A stretch of 64,000 bases of DNA from an uncultured delta proteobacterium (GCA_963845145.1 CAWJQU010000008.1:448001-512000), one strand, 5' to 3'; counted from the stretch's first letter, positions 22,997-40,439 are shown. A program made the numbers and translations. The notes: generated by a model not told the origin, from the letters alone.

Positions 22997-23836
22997 ATGA
23001 AACCAATCAATATTATGGTCAACGGCATGCCGGGAAATATGGCTGTCAATGTCGCGACCCATGCATTAAAAGATCTTCGCTTTAACCTCGTACCGGCATC
23101 ATTGACAGGGCCGGAAATCACCGCTACGGAACATGCGCTCCCGGAAATGACTTTTCGGCTCGATCCACCCGGCCAAAGCAGATCAGGCCATCGCGATATT
23201 ATACGGGAATACGGCCCATTCATTACCATCGATTATACCCATCCATCAGCCGTCAATACCAATGCCGACCTTTACTGCCGCCACAACCTTCCCTTTGTGA
23301 TGGGCACAACCGGCGGGGATCGAGATCACCTGGTTCAAACGGTCGAACAATCAGATATATCCGCTGTGATCGCTCCCAATATGGCCAAGCAGATCGTGGG
23401 TTTCCAGGCCATGGTGGCCCATGCCGCCGAGGATTTTCCCGGCTTGTTTAGCGGTTATTCCTTGGAGATTAAAGAGAGCCACCAAAATGGCAAAGCCGAC
23501 ACCAGCGGGACCGCCAAAATGATGGTCAACTATTTTAATTCCCTGGGCGTTCCCTATACAGTGGACGAAATCGTCAAAGAGAGAGATCCGCAAGTTCAGA
23601 AGGCAACCTGGGGCATCCCCGAAGAATATCTCACGGGGCATGGGTGGCACACCTACAGCCTCACTTCGGCGGACAAAACGGTTCGCTTAAATTTTGAGCA
23701 TAATATCAATGGCCGTGACGTTTATATCGGGGGAACGTTGGATGCCGCTGTTTTTTTACAAAAAGAGATTGAGAAAGCAGTCAAGGGAACCGTATTCAAT
23801 ATGATTGATGTATTGAAGGCGGGTGATTTCGGATAA
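22997..23836 (+). CDS. dapB: 4-hydroxy-tetrahydrodipicolinate reductase, plant-type
   Basis: MVNGMPGNMA, DYTHPSAVN, FVMGTTGGDR, ESHQ..KADTSGTAK; AAGGAG RBS before ATG at 22997. Confidence 0.9.
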   Translation: MKPINIMVNGMPGNMAVNVATHALKDLRFNLVPASLTGPEITATEHALPEMTFRLDPPGQSRSGHRDIIREYGPFITIDYTHPSAVNTNADLYCRHNLPFVMGTTGGDRDHLVQTVEQSDISAVIAPNMAKQIVGFQAMVAHAAEDFPGLFSGYSLEIKESHQNGKADTSGTAKMMVNYFNSLGVPYTVDEIVKERDPQVQKATWGIPEEYLTGHGWHTYSLTSADKTVRLNFEHNINGRDVYIGGTLDAAVFLQKEIEKAVKGTVFNMIDVLKAGDFG

Positions 23837-23908
23837 CGTTTTATCCAAAATCGGTGGATGTCAAGATCGATGGACGCCAAGACCGGTGGACAAATGGATA
23901 TCGGGGGA

Positions 23909-24515
23909 CTAATAGAACAATATCGCCCTGGCCTTGCTTAACTTTACGTGCCGAATACCGTGGGGCAGTTCATACCAGTCATCGATACTGCCGGGTTCCT
24001 CTCCGTAAAAACTGGCCAAGATCATCAGCAACGGGTCCAACGAGCGTGGCGACACCGCTTCCCCGTTTAAAAGAAGCGAGGTTAAACCCAGTTTTCCGGT
24101 CCCCTCCCGGGTTTGTAAAAGACCATCAAAGTCAAAATTGAGATTCGTCCCGAAAAGATTGAGAAGTTGAACCCCTTCTAAGTCAACGTGAATTTTTCCG
24201 CGAACTCGATTACCCTCGTCAAGTATGACATCAATCATTTTTATCAGCGGGTTCTTTTCCTGAGCCAATCGATAGGCAAAATAATTGTTCAACTCTTTTT
24301 GGGTAATTGTGGCCGATTGCGTGGCAGGTTTTCCCGGCTGGCTCTGATGAGACTCAATGGTTTTTAAAATATGTTGCACTTTCAATCCATCCGAAGTGGT
24401 CGAATCGAGCCCGCTGCATAGAAACGGAACCGAAAAAGAGATAAGAATCAATAACCCCAGTGATAAACATGTCATCAGCCAGGGCGAATATTTCAATGTC
24501 GACTTGTGCATGGGT

Positions 24516-24523
<8 letters not shown>
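23909..24523 (-). CDS. Hypothetical exported or membrane-anchored protein
   Basis: Intact 204 aa ORF overlapping the alaS stop; N-terminal hydrophobic segment. Confidence 0.7.
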
Positions 24524-27173
<2,650 letters not shown>

Positions 27174-27222
27174 TTGAACTCCAATGGCTTTCTTTATTAT
27201 TCTGTTCACAGTTTTTCGATCT

Positions 27223-28317
27223 TTATTCTATCACAAAGTTTCTCACTTGCTTTTCCCTTGTAGTCTTGAACCATTCCTCATTCCGGCTTCCTTGGTACCT
27301 CCTCTTTTTCCTCTTCGTCCTCGTCATACCGATGGCTTTTTTAACCTTTTCTTCAATCGCCTGGCAAATATCATCATTCTCTTCTAAAAACGTTTTTACA
27401 TTTGGCCGGCCCTGTCCAATCCGTTCATTTTCAAAGGAATACCACGACCCACTTTTTTCGATGACTTCGCGTCTCACCCCAAGATCCAGAAGATCGCCCG
27501 TCCGCGAGATTCCCGTCCCGTACATAATATCAAACTCGGCGTCCTTAAACGGGGGCGCCATTTTGTTTTTGACCACCCGTACCCGGGTGCGATTGCCGAT
27601 TACCTCCTGGCCGTCTTTGATGGCCCCGATTCGCCGAATGTCCAGCCGGACCGAGGCATAAAATTCAAGGGCATTGCCACCGGTGGTGGTTTCCGGGATT
27701 GCCGAACATGACACCGATTTTCATGCGGATCTGATTGATGAAAATAACCGTGGTCATCGTTTTGCCGATGGTGCCGGTGAGTTTGCGCAGGGCCTGAGAC
27801 ATAAGCCGGGCTTGCAACCCCATGTGGGAATCGCCCATCTCCCCTTCGATCTCCGCCCGCGGTACCAGGGCCGCCACGGAATCGATCACAATCACATCAA
27901 TGGCACCGCTTCGAACCAGCATGTCAGCAATTTCCAGGGCCTGCTCGCCGGTATCCGGCTGGGAGACCAGCAGTTCGTCACAATTCACACCGAGTTTGCG
28001 GGCATAACCTGTGTCCAAAGCATGCTCCGCATCAATAAAAGCGACAATGCCGCCGTTTTTTTGGGCCTCGGCCACTGCGTGCAGGGCCAGGGTGGTTTTG
28101 CCGGAAGATTCCGGCCCGTAGATCTCGATCACCCGTCCCCGCGGTAATCCGCCAACTCCCAAGGCCTTGTCCAAAGCGACAGGGAGCCGGTTGGAATGAC
28201 GGGTACTTTCTGAATCGGCTGACTGCCCAGCTTCATGATGGCGCCCTTGCCGAACTGACGTTCAATCTGATTCATGGCGGACTCAACCGCCCTTTCTTTA
28301 TTCATGGTTTTACTCAC
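27223..28317 (-). CDS. recA: Recombinase RecA (frameshifted; 3' end approximate)
   Basis: [63 protein letters not shown]. Confidence 0.96.
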
Positions 28318-28334
28318 GATGATCCCCCTCTTTG

Positions 28335-28348
28335 TGTTGGTACCAACA
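28335..28348. promoter_or_regulatory. Perfect 14-bp palindrome immediately upstream of the recA RBS; candidate operator
   Basis: TGTTGGTACCAACA is its own reverse complement; function inferred from position only. Confidence 0.4.
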
Positions 28349-28449
28349 TCGAATGGCCTCCAACTAATATGATTTTTGGTCACGAATTGTACAGATTAAG
28401 CTGATCCGCTTTTCAGTAAAATCCGTGGTGAAAAATATCATCATCCCAA

Positions 28450-29023
28450 TCCAGTGCTGCTCAGCTTGGTATACACCGCCCCGCCCCCGCACAGATCACT
28501 TTTAAACACATGGATCTCTGGGTCATTGTAAATCGTGCCGACAGCAACGGTTGCAAGCCGATATCATGGCCGCGGCCAGTTTGGGCCCGTCAATTCGTCC
28601 TTTTGCCCGTCCCAAGTGTCAAATGGGCTTTGAACAGGCCGCGGTTCAGGTTTAAATATCAGGTCGTTGATTTTCAGCAACGATCGATCCAGAGAGGATT
28701 TCAATTCCCGTAGACGATCCTACTTCCCCACCATTCCGGCCCAGAAAATCCGGGGTCGCTTGATGGTGGGAAACACGCCCAACCCGTTGGATGTCCAATC
28801 GCAATGGCGAACGGCACCGGGCCCATCCGCCATCGCAATCGGATAACCGCTGCCAGGCACTGTGTCCACTTCACCCAGAAAAGCCAGTGTTAGGTGAATT
28901 TTTCCGGTTTAACCCAACGAAATTTAAATCGTTCCTTCTTGAGTTCAGCCTGGACCCGCCCCAACTCATCACGAACTGAATCCGGCAAAACAGCGGCGAT
29001 AAAAGTTCTAATGGTTCGCCCAT
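28450..29023 (-). CDS. thpR: RNA 2',3'-cyclic phosphodiesterase (2H family; frameshifted)
   Basis: Minus strand reads IRTFIAAVLP, HLTLAFLG, FKAHLTLGR (two HxT motifs); usual position upstream of recA. Confidence 0.85.
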
Positions 29024-29073
29024 TTTCTCGGCCCTAGTAATCAATGGATAATCAATAGACGGTCATTGGTTAA

Positions 29074-30275
29074 TCATTCCCCTTGAAGCCGATTGTCGGG
29101 CAAGTGGCATCTGGGGCTCATCCGATGATAAAGCGCCCCGCTGCGAATTTCGGATTTCAGAATTCCGGCGATCTCGCGCGCTTTAACCATGCTCGACAAG
29201 GGAACTGTCTGAACATCGCGCCCCTCAGGGACAATGACACCACTTTTTAATTCAGCATAACTGACCTTGCCCAGCGACCGGGCAATTCCTTGGGGATAAT
29301 CATGCCCATAATCCACCACTTGGGTATAAATCTCCTCGTCCGAGACCCCAGTATAATCAGCCATTTTTTCATTGAGAATCGGGATGGGAATCCCAAGCCC
29401 AATAGCCAGCGAACACCCGTATCCCTGAATACTGACGCCTTTTATCCAACGCGATCGACATCTCTTTCATGTCGCCCATGACAAAACAGCGTACCTGATG
29501 GCTTCATCGGGCACGCCCCCTTCGGTGCGCGGGAACATCCGGGTTGTGTTGCGTCCCGTGCCAGGTCACATAACCTGTACCGCCGCCAAGAAAAATCCGG
29601 GTCCCCAAACCGATCGTCCGGTAATAGGGATCGTTCATTAAGGGGACTAAGTTGCCCGGCGGAACAATAGTTTGCATTGTTCGCCTTGGGTTTTAATGTT
29701 CCCATATAGGTATAGATGGTTTTTTTCCCGAGATTAACGGCACAATTATAATTTTGATATCCGTTGCGGGGATTGCATAAAGCGGCAAATGGTAAATCGG
29801 CTAATCGCAACTTCTTTTTCCAGATGCTTGCCCGGATAACAATCGGTTCCGTAGGCCGTGGCTTTTAAATGGATGCGTTCGGCCAGCCACCAAATCCTCG
29901 ATCACATGTCCGCCGCCATAGTTGAACTCGCCCGGATAAACCTTGTTGAGGGGATCATCCTCACAAGGCTCGGTCGCGCCGATATAGCAATCCACTGCGG
30001 CCACACCACCATAAGCCGGCACATTATTCAACCATACCTTGGCCGCTTTGATTCCCGGTTTGGAATGGCCAAAATTAATAAACGCGCCGGATGAACACAT
30101 GGGTGCAAAGGTTCCCGTGGTCACAACATCCACCCGTTGGGCCGCTTCCACCGGGCCTTCACTTTTGACCACATCGATAATCTCCTCTGCAGTGAGCACA
30201 ACAACTTCACCTTTACGGATTTTGTCGTTAATCTCCTGAAAGGTCTTATTGACTTGATACGGTCTTATTTGCCAT
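29074..30275 (-). CDS. DUF39 family homocysteine biosynthesis protein (aspartate-semialdehyde sulfurtransferase-like; frameshifted)
   Basis: [71 protein letters not shown]. Confidence 0.85.
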
Positions 30276-30364
30276 GTTGTTCATTATTGGCCCTGTTGGT
30301 CTTTTTCAATGGGGAGGTCTTGTTGACTATGCAGATTTGTTCATATTCACATCTGCCTATTTCA

Positions 30365-31755
30365 TTACGGTATCGCCGCCTGAACCTCTTCGATCTTTGA
30401 GGTAATGTTGTTTTTGATCCAAGATGCATCCCACCATTCCACAGGGTTGATGAAAGAATGGTGAACCATCATGCTAAAATGCAAATGATCCCCTCCGGCC
30501 ATTCCGGTGTTGCCCGTCAGCCCGATGACTTCGTTTTTATCCACAAGCTGGTCTGGCATGAACGTCAATCCGGCTTAAATGGCTGTACATACTAAATAGG
30601 CCGAATCCGTGATCAATAATCACCGACTGCCCATAAATACCCAAACTTTCAGCAAAGACCACCTTGCCTCGATTTGCGGCAGCCACTTTATCCCGGCTGT
30701 ATGCAGCCAGATCGATGCCCAGATGGGTCTGTTCGTCAATCTTTTGGTCCTTGTAATAATAAGTGCGGTGGTCCGCAAAACCGGCCATGCGCTTGGAATT
30801 GGCCAGCCTTAAAAAAGAACCCTCCCATAATATCGCCGGTTCCGACCTCGAGGTCACTGCCATAATCCGATCGGTATTGGCTTTACGAACCTGTGTATTA
30901 ACAGCCACAAATTTTGCCAACAGCGGGTTATCCGCTGATGCATCACCGGTTACATCGAACTCAGGCATCTTCGTTTCGAGAAAATGGTCGCTGATGTGAA
31001 TATCATCTTTTTTAAAGCGCTTCTTTTTTAAATACTTGGTGAAACCGGCCCGCGTCATATTACCCGCCCGGTCCGTGGCCGAAATAAAAATCTGGCTGTC
31101 CGTATCCTGATTGTGGGATAACGCAAAAAAAGCTGCCAATACCGTTGATTTTTTCACGATGCCCGCGGTCCCCGGAAAAAACTGATCCCCTACCTGGATA
31201 CCGCTGGTGGGACACTCTTCGGATAACTCGTAAATAACCAGCCCGCTGCCGCCTTGATTAAGATTATGCGCCTTGGTCAAAACCGTCACGACTGGGGGTT
31301 TAAAATCAATGGTCATCTTTTTTTCAATAATGGTTTTATTTCCATGAAGCCACCCCCGCCAGGAGAGGTCACGGGCCGTCAACACTAAAAATCACCTCAC
31401 CTTCAGTTAAACCCAGTTTTTTAGGCTCAATGGTACGCTCGAAATCGACCGCACGGCGCCCACCACCTAACAATAAACCGCCTCCAGCGATGGTTTCTTT
31501 GATCAATTCCACATCTCGTTCTGTCCCTACGAGGGTGGCGCGAACTTCTTTGACACCGCTTTTGTCATCGGTAACGACCACCTTTAACGGCTGTGAAGCA
31601 CCAAGATAAGATGAATCCAGATTGATGGAAATATGAGGTTTTCCCCCTTCTAATCGAATAAATAGAAAAAATAATATGGGAATCACCAGAAAAATCATCA
31701 GAATGACCGCAAGTCGTGTTTTGAAGCTGCTCTTTTTTGGCGGATATGAATACAT
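30365..31755 (-). CDS. M23 family metallopeptidase with N-terminal TM anchor (3 fragments)
   Basis: HLGIDLA, YGQSVIIDHG, YSHLS, GNTGMAGGDHLHF. Confidence 0.9.
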
Positions 31756-32081
31756 GGGTAACTCTATCTATTTAAAGCCAATTAAAGTGTCAATTTATAA
31801 TCGGGTAAAAATATCAGGTATCCAAACGGTAATCAAGTAGTCATTGCTGCGGTGTCGCAAAAGCCTGTTTTTAGGCTCGCAATAACGGTCATTATGTCGG
31901 CGCATATAAAGCGAATCTGATTTAAAATACCCCTCGGTGCCGTCACTGGATGGGATCCCAAGGTTATCATATTGGATCTTTTTTTGTTGGGTTCATCTAT
32001 TCGGGACTTGACTTTATTGGTGCCGAAGGATAGACAAATGAGCAGGTCATAATGCAAAAATTGTACCGGATGAAATAATCC

Positions 32082-32909
<828 letters not shown>

Positions 32910-32910
<1 letters not shown>

Positions 32911-33462
32911 TGAAATTTATAAAACCTGAAGCCGAGAAGCGATTTAAGCCAATATCCGTTTACTGGTGCTTGATGTGGACGGCGTGTTGACCGATGGTTA
33001 TATTATTTACCATGATGATGGTCACGAAACCAAAATGTTTGATGTTAAAGATGGATTCGGGATTCGATTGTTACAAATGGCCGGTATTGCAGTTTGCATC
33101 GCCACAGGACGCATGGGCGGGGCACTGCAGCCATCGTTGTCGCAACCTGGGAATCGATCTGATATTCGCCGGCCTGAGACACAAGGCGTCCATTATCAAT
33201 GACCTTATTGAAAAAACAGGGCATTTCCCCCCGAACACATGGCGTTCGTCGGGGACGATTTGTTAGATCTTTCGCTCATGGATCAGATAGCGATGCCCAT
33301 GGCCGTGGCCGATGCCCAGAATGAAGTGATCCAGGCGGCTGCTGCCGTTACCGGACACAGTCGGTGGTCGGGGTGCGGTACGTGAAGTTTGTGAGGCCAT
33401 TTTAAAAGCCCAGGAAAAGTGGGAACCGATCGATAGAACGGAATTAAAACTGGGCGAACTAA
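32910..33462 (+). CDS. kdsC: KDO 8-phosphate phosphatase, HAD family (frameshifted)
   Basis: LDVDGVLTDG, FDVKDGFG, AFVGDDLLD, GGRGAVREVCE. Confidence 0.9.
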
Positions 33463-33470
33463 GTCATTGC

Positions 33471-34070
33471 ATGCAAATGAAAAAGCGATCCATCTTAGTT
33501 TTTATATCCATCGGTATTATTATTGGCATTTTGGCCACAACGACTGATGCTGGCCCACTTTCGCCGGTCCTCGCGGCCGTCACAGCCGGCGCAAACGCAA
33601 CCGGAAGACCCGGCCAAAACCGATACCGCGATGGATCGCCTGTTCCAGGTATCGACTCAAAGAAGGCCGCACGGAATGGCGACTTGAGGCGGCTTCCGCC
33701 GAAATGGACAAAATGAAAACAAATGGCGAAATTAAAGGATGTATCCATCGTTTTTTACCCAAAATCCGGCGGTGAAGTGTCGTTAAGGCTGATCGGGGGA
33801 TTATTCATACCGATTCAAAAGACATTGTAGTCGCCGGGTAATGTTGTGGTAGTGAATCAAAATTATAAAATGGTGACAGAAAGGGTTAAATACAGGGAAA
33901 GCAGACAGACGTTGACATCAACCACACCGTTGGCGATTACAGACAACTGCATCAAGCTTGATGGCCGATCGAATGGTGTATGATATAGCGTAAAAACAAA
34001 TCTGTTTTTAAAGGAAACGTCATGGGATTTTTCAGTGATAAAACAACGTTTTAATATTATGTTGGACATG
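33471..34070 (+). CDS. lptC: LPS export protein LptC (frameshifted; ends approximate)
   Basis: N-terminal TM, 'EWRLEAASAE', 'ADRG', 'GNVVV' fragments; position between kdsC and lptA/lptB. Confidence 0.65.
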
Positions 34071-34630
34071 CGGAGATGGTGATTGGCCGTTATCCTGCTG
34101 ACGATCGGGTTATCATCAGCCTCGGCACTCAGTGCCGATGAACAGCCCCTATATCAGGACATTTCAGTCTGATGACAATAAAATCCATATTAAATCGGAT
34201 ACGCTGGTCGCCAGCAGCGATGAAAACTTGGCCGAGTTTACAGGGCCATGTGCGGGCAACCCGTGGGACAATGGTGATCACATGTGATCGGTTGAAACTA
34301 TTCTTTAAACAGGGTGCTATGGCTGGAAAACGGTACCAATCCGGGCAGCAATTCCATTGAACGGATTTTAGCGAAGAAAAACGTAAAGATAAGAATGGAC
34401 GACCGCCTCGCGTTTGCCGATCAAGCCGAATACATTTATCTAGTGGGGATATCATTTTGACAGGCGACCCGGTTAAAGTGTCCAGCTGGCAATACATATA
34501 TCACCGGGAATAAAATCACCATGGCATCCGATGGCCAAGATCACCGTACAGCTGACCCCGGGTAAGGGGGGCAGGTCGAAGCCATGATCTGTATCCGAAA
34601 ACTGAAAGCACCAATCCTCAGATAATAACG
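34059..34630 (+). CDS. lptA: LptA/OstA family LPS transport protein (frameshifted; ends approximate)
   Basis: Signal peptide; 'AEFTGHVRATRGTMVITCDRL', 'IILTGDP.V', 'ITGNKIT'; directly upstream of lptB. Confidence 0.7.
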
Positions 34631-34658
34631 TTGAGAATTGATCTCAGGGCCGTAACAA

Positions 34659-35382
34659 TTGCATCAGCTTACATTAAAGAATTTAAATAAAACCTACAAT
34701 GGCCGACGCATCGTAAATTCCGTTGACATGGCCATTCAAAGCGGAAGGATCGTCGGCCTTTTGGGCCCCAACGGTGCCGGTAAAACCACAACGTTTTATA
34801 TGACTATCGGTATGATACGCCCGGATGAAGGACATGTTTTTTTCGATGACACGGATATCACCGAGTGATCCCATGTTCCAGCGGGCGAAAAGAGGGGTTG
34901 GATATCTGCCCCAGGAAATGTCCATTTTCCGGAAATTAACGGTCAGGCAAAATCTTATGGCCATTCTGGAAACGCTGCCGCTCGGCCGGAAAGAACGAAA
35001 ACAGCGAGCCGATAAACTACTGGATGAACTGGGTATCGGGCATCTGGCCGATCAGAAAGCCGCTGTCATTTCGGGTGGTGAAAAAAGACGGCTTGAAATT
35101 TCGCGAGCATTGGTGACCAACCCCGCTTTTATGTTATTGGATGAACCGTTTGCAGGAATCGATCCCCTGGCCGTTATCGATATCAGAAGCATTATCAGAG
35201 CACCTGAAAGACCGTGGCATCGGTACATTGATTTCAGACCATAATGTCAGAGAAACCTTGACGGTTTGTGATATGGCCTACATATTAAATGAAGGGACAG
35301 TTATTGAATCCGGATCTCCGGAAAAGATTGCAGGCAGCGAAATTGCCCGGCGGATCTATTTAGGAGACGAGTTTCAGTTTAG
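34659..35382 (+). CDS. lptB: LPS export ABC ATPase LptB (frameshifted)
   Basis: GLLGPNGAGKTTTFYM, GYLPQE.SIFRKLTV, ISGGEKRRLEI, LLDEPFAGIDP, DHNVRETL, YLG. Confidence 0.93.
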
Positions 35383-35388
35383 AATAAA

Positions 35389-36832
35389 ATGGCGATTGAA
35401 TTAAGACAACAACTCAAGTTAACACAGCAACTGGTGATGACCCCCCAGCTTCAGCTGGCCATTCGGCTTTTGCAATTATCACGGCTGGAGTTATGGATAC
35501 AATTCAACAGGAACTGGAACAAAACCCGGTGCTTGAGGAAGTAATTGATGAGACGCCGACTGACACCGAAAAGCAACCCCAGGAGGAAAAAACCGAAAGC
35601 CAGGATGAAGTGGTTATTGGTGAAACGATTCCCGATGATATCGACTGGCGCAACTATATCGAAGAATACAACACACCCGGCAGGACCAGCTATGAGTTTG
35701 AACGATAAAGAACAGATTGGGATTCGAGCACTTTCTGGTCAAAGAAACGATCATTACAGGACCATCTGCTTTGGCAGCTGATGATGACCGGCCCGGATTC
35801 AGGCGACCAAACAGATTGGCAGCCTCATCGTGGGAAATATCAACGCCGATGGGTACCTCGACGCTTCTTTGGACGAAATCGCCAAGCGCCGGCGACACAT
35901 CATTGGAGTCGGTTTGGAATGCACTAAACATTGATGCAAACCTTTGATCCACCGGGCATATGTGCTCGTAACCTGAAGGAGTCATTGTTGATTCAAGCCG
36001 GGCAACTCGGTTTGACCAACACCCTGGTGGAAAAAATCATCACCGATCACTTTAACCATCTCGAAAATCGAAATATGCGCGCCCATATGCCGGGCACTTG
36101 GCGTGGAGAAAAAAAGTATTCTCCAGGCCGTGGAAATTATTCAGAGTCTGGAACCCAAACCCGGCCGGCTGTTTTCAGACGAAACGCCCCAGCATATCAT
36201 CCCGGATGTATATGTTTACAAATACGACGAAGAATTTGTAATCCTTTTAAACGATAGTGGCCTGCCGCGACTTGCGCATAAATGCCCTGTATCGAAACTG
36301 CCTGATGGATACCGGCCAGGTATCCGCCAAAGAAAAGGATTATATCCGCGAAAAACTTCGCTCCGCTACCTGGTTAATCCGCAGTGTTCATCAGAGAAAA
36401 AAGACCATTTACGGGTCATGGAAAGTATTTTGCGATTTCAAGCGAACCTTTTTTGAAAAGGGCGTCAGCCATTTAAAACCGATGGTGTTAAGAGATGTCG
36501 CCGATGACATCGAAATGCATGAATCGACCATCAGCCGCGTCACAACGAATAAATATGTTCATACACCCCAGGGCATATTTCGAATTAAAGTATTTCTTTA
36601 ACAGCCCCATCAACCGAGTTCATGGCGAGGCCGTTGCCTCTGCCAGCGTAAAGGATAAGATTAAACATATCGTTGACGAGCGAATCCTCACAAAAACCTT
36701 TCAGTGATAAAAAGATCAGCGAGATCTTAAAGAGTGATAATATCAATATCGCCAGACGAACAGTCGCAAAGTACCGAGAACTCATTAAATATTTTACCAT
36801 CAAGTAAACGTAAGCAATTTCCTGATAGATAA
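35389..36832 (+). CDS. rpoN: RNA polymerase sigma-54 factor (frameshifted)
   Basis: MAIELRQQLKLTQQLVMTPQLQLAIRLLQLSRLE, HESTISRVTTNKY, RpoN box ARRTVAKYRE at 36751-36780. Confidence 0.95.
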
Positions 36833-36855
36833 CAATCAACTTTTAGGAGGTAACA

Positions 36856-37392
36856 ATGCAAACATCTGTCACATTCAAGAATATCGACCCCTCCGACCAT
36901 CTAAGCCACCTACGTAAGCAACAAGTTGGATCGATTCGACAAATATCTTAGACAACCCAGCCAACGCCAACGTCGTTCTCTCCGTGCAAAAATTCCGCCA
37001 TATTACGGAGATCAACATTATTCGGTGACCGGTTAAACATTATCGGTAAGGAAGAAACCGATAATATGTATTCCTCGATTGATAAGGCCCTGGACAAGAT
37101 TGGCATTCAGATTAAAAAAAATCGCGAAAAAATCCGCCGCCACAAAAGTGGCCGACAAGAAAAGATGGGTGAGTTGGGTGAAGACGATGCACTGCCGGCA
37201 AGCGAAGCAAATTCGCCACAGGTTCAGATTCAACCGATTGAATATAAGCCGATGGATGTTGAAGAGGCCGTCATGCAGATTGCCTTGGTAAAGGATAATT
37301 TCCTTGTATTTACCAATGCGCGAACCGACAAGGTGAATGTTTTGTACCGAAGAAAAGACGGCGATTTTGGTTTGATTCAGCCGAGCAGTTAA
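36856..37392 (+). CDS. hpf: Ribosome hibernation factor, long HPF (frameshifted)
   Basis: MQTSVTFKNIDPS, DNMYSSID, KPMDVEEAVMQ, NVLYRRKDGDFGLI; AGGAGG RBS. Confidence 0.9.
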
Positions 37393-37468
37393 AAATTTAT
37401 TGCCCGTCTGAAACTTATCGGCTCAGCGCTTGTGTCCCTTATATCGAATGGCCTGATGGTGTTAACCA

Positions 37469-37930
37469 ATGAGAATAATTGATTTATTAAATAAAGAAGC
37501 GATTATCGCCGACTTGAATGCAGCGGACAAGAAAGGCATGATCGAGGAGCTGACCGCTCCGATTTCCCGAATTACGCAGGTCGACCAAAAAGACCTGGTT
37601 CGAGGTGATCATGAACCGGGAGCGTTTGGGGAGCACCGGCATCGGCGAAGGAGTCGGTATCCCCCACGGCAAACTCGAGGACCTTCCCTCCCTTATCTTT
37701 AGGATTTGGTCTAAGTCGCAAAGGGTGTGGATTTTGATTCCATCGACGGTCAACCTGTGTACATCTTTTTTCTTCTCCTTACACCGGAAAATGCCGCCGG
37801 ACTTCATTTAAAAATGCTGGCCCGGATCTCCCGCATTTTAAAAAACGATCTCTTCCGGCAACAATTGCGCCAAGCCCAAACCGCGGATGAAGTATATGCC
37901 GTCATTAAATCCGGTGAAGACGATTTCTAA
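37469..37930 (+). CDS. ptsN: PTS IIA (Ntr/fructose-type) protein (frameshifted)
   Basis: RERLGSTGIGEGVGIPHGK, DFDSIDGQPV, HLKMLARISR. Confidence 0.9.
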
Positions 37931-37939
37931 TCCGTTCCC

Positions 37940-38815
37940 ATGCCATCTGTTAATCAGCCAAATTTATCATAATTACTGGCAATGCCGGATCCGGCAAAAG
38001 CGTCGCCCTGGCGGCCCTGGAAGATGCCGGCTTTTATTGTGTCGACAATATGCCGGTGTGCATTTTGCCCAAGTTCGTAGAATTGGCGATTGACAGCGAA
38101 TTCACGGCCAAACGGGTACGCTTTCGTTATGGATTTGAGAGAAAAAGACTTTCTGCTTTCCCATCAACAGATCATCGATGCCCTCCACAGCCGGGGATTC
38201 AATTTATCATTCTATTTTTGACTGCGGCGACCGAGACCCTCGTACAGCGATACAGCCAAACAAGACGCCATCATCCCTTATCTGATGGTAAAAATCTGGC
38301 TAACCAGCATTGACACCGAAAAAGGACGGCTGCGCCAGCTGGAACACACGGCCGACCGTGTTATCGATACGACCAAGTATACAGTCCATGACTTAAAAGC
38401 GGTCATTCAGTCCATTGCGAATGATCTGGATGCCAAAATTCCCATGCGTATCCATGTCATTTCGTTTGGCTTTATGCACGGTATCCCCCATGATGCCGAC
38501 CATATTATGGATATTCGCTTTTCTGAAAAATCCCTATTTTGTCCCGCGGCTAAAACACCTGGACGGCACGACGAAACAGTCAAGAGTTCATGTTGAACCG
38601 AACGCAAACCAAAAAATTTTTTAACGCAATACCTGGACCTGCTTGACTATCTGATTCCTTTATACGAAAAAGAGGGAAAGTCATACTTTACGATTGGACT
38701 GGGATGTACCGGTGGACACCATCGCTCTGTAGTAATCGCTCAGGCGGTGTTCAAGCACATTTCCCACCCAGACCGACAGGTGCTGATCACCCACAGGGAT
38801 ATCAATCGAAAATAG
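37940..38815 (+). CDS. rapZ: RapZ/YvcJ family P-loop protein (frameshifted)
   Basis: GSGKS, ALEDAGFYCVDNMP, RYSQTRR.HPL, SFGF.HG.P, NPYF, GCTGGHHRS. Confidence 0.9.
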
Positions 38816-38844
38816 CGCAAGAAACATTCACCGGAGTTAAAAAA

Positions 38845-39262
38845 ATGATCGGAATTTTGCTTGTCACGCACGAACAAATCGGAACGGCGCTGATTGATGC
38901 CGCCGAGTTTATTATCGGATCACGCCCCGAAGCCGTAGAGGCCATATCCATTAACTTAAATGAAGATGCCGAAAAATTGCGAGGAAAAAATCGCCAAAGG
39001 GATTGAAGCAGTATATCACCCCAAGGGGGTTCTCATATTAACCGATATGTTCGGCGGAACACCATCGAACCTTGAGCTATTCTTTTCTTGAAGAAGACCG
39101 GTTGGAGGTTCTGACCGGCGCCAACCTGCCCATATTGATTAAGGCCATTGATACCCGGCAAAAAATGGACCTCTCGGAAATGGCCAAAACCTTGGAGGAG
39201 CTATGGGAAAAAAAGTATCGCCATGGCATCTGGAATTCTTAAAGGGAAACAAGAGGGGATAG
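38845..39262 (+). CDS. PTS mannose/fructose-type IIA component (frameshifted)
   Basis: MIGILLVTH, LTDMFGGTPSN, GANLP. Confidence 0.85.
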
Positions 39263-39319
39263 AACCGGAGGGCCCGGGCACCCGGACCTTAGGTTAAAAG
39301 ATCGATGTGGGCCGATTGA

Positions 39320-40397
<1,078 letters not shown>

Positions 40398-40439
40398 TGA
40401 CAGCAAATAGACTTGTAATCATAATAAAAAGAGGTGACT

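Noticed and set aside
22643..23836. 397-aa ORF suggesting a kinase-DapB fusion
   Set aside because: dapB has its own AAGGAG RBS and ATG at 22997; the join lies in the indel-rich block and is probably a lost stop codon.
31756..32081. 325-bp intergenic region as a possible ncRNA
   Set aside because: No recognisable RNA family features; adequately explained as divergent promoters for the M23 gene and kdsA.
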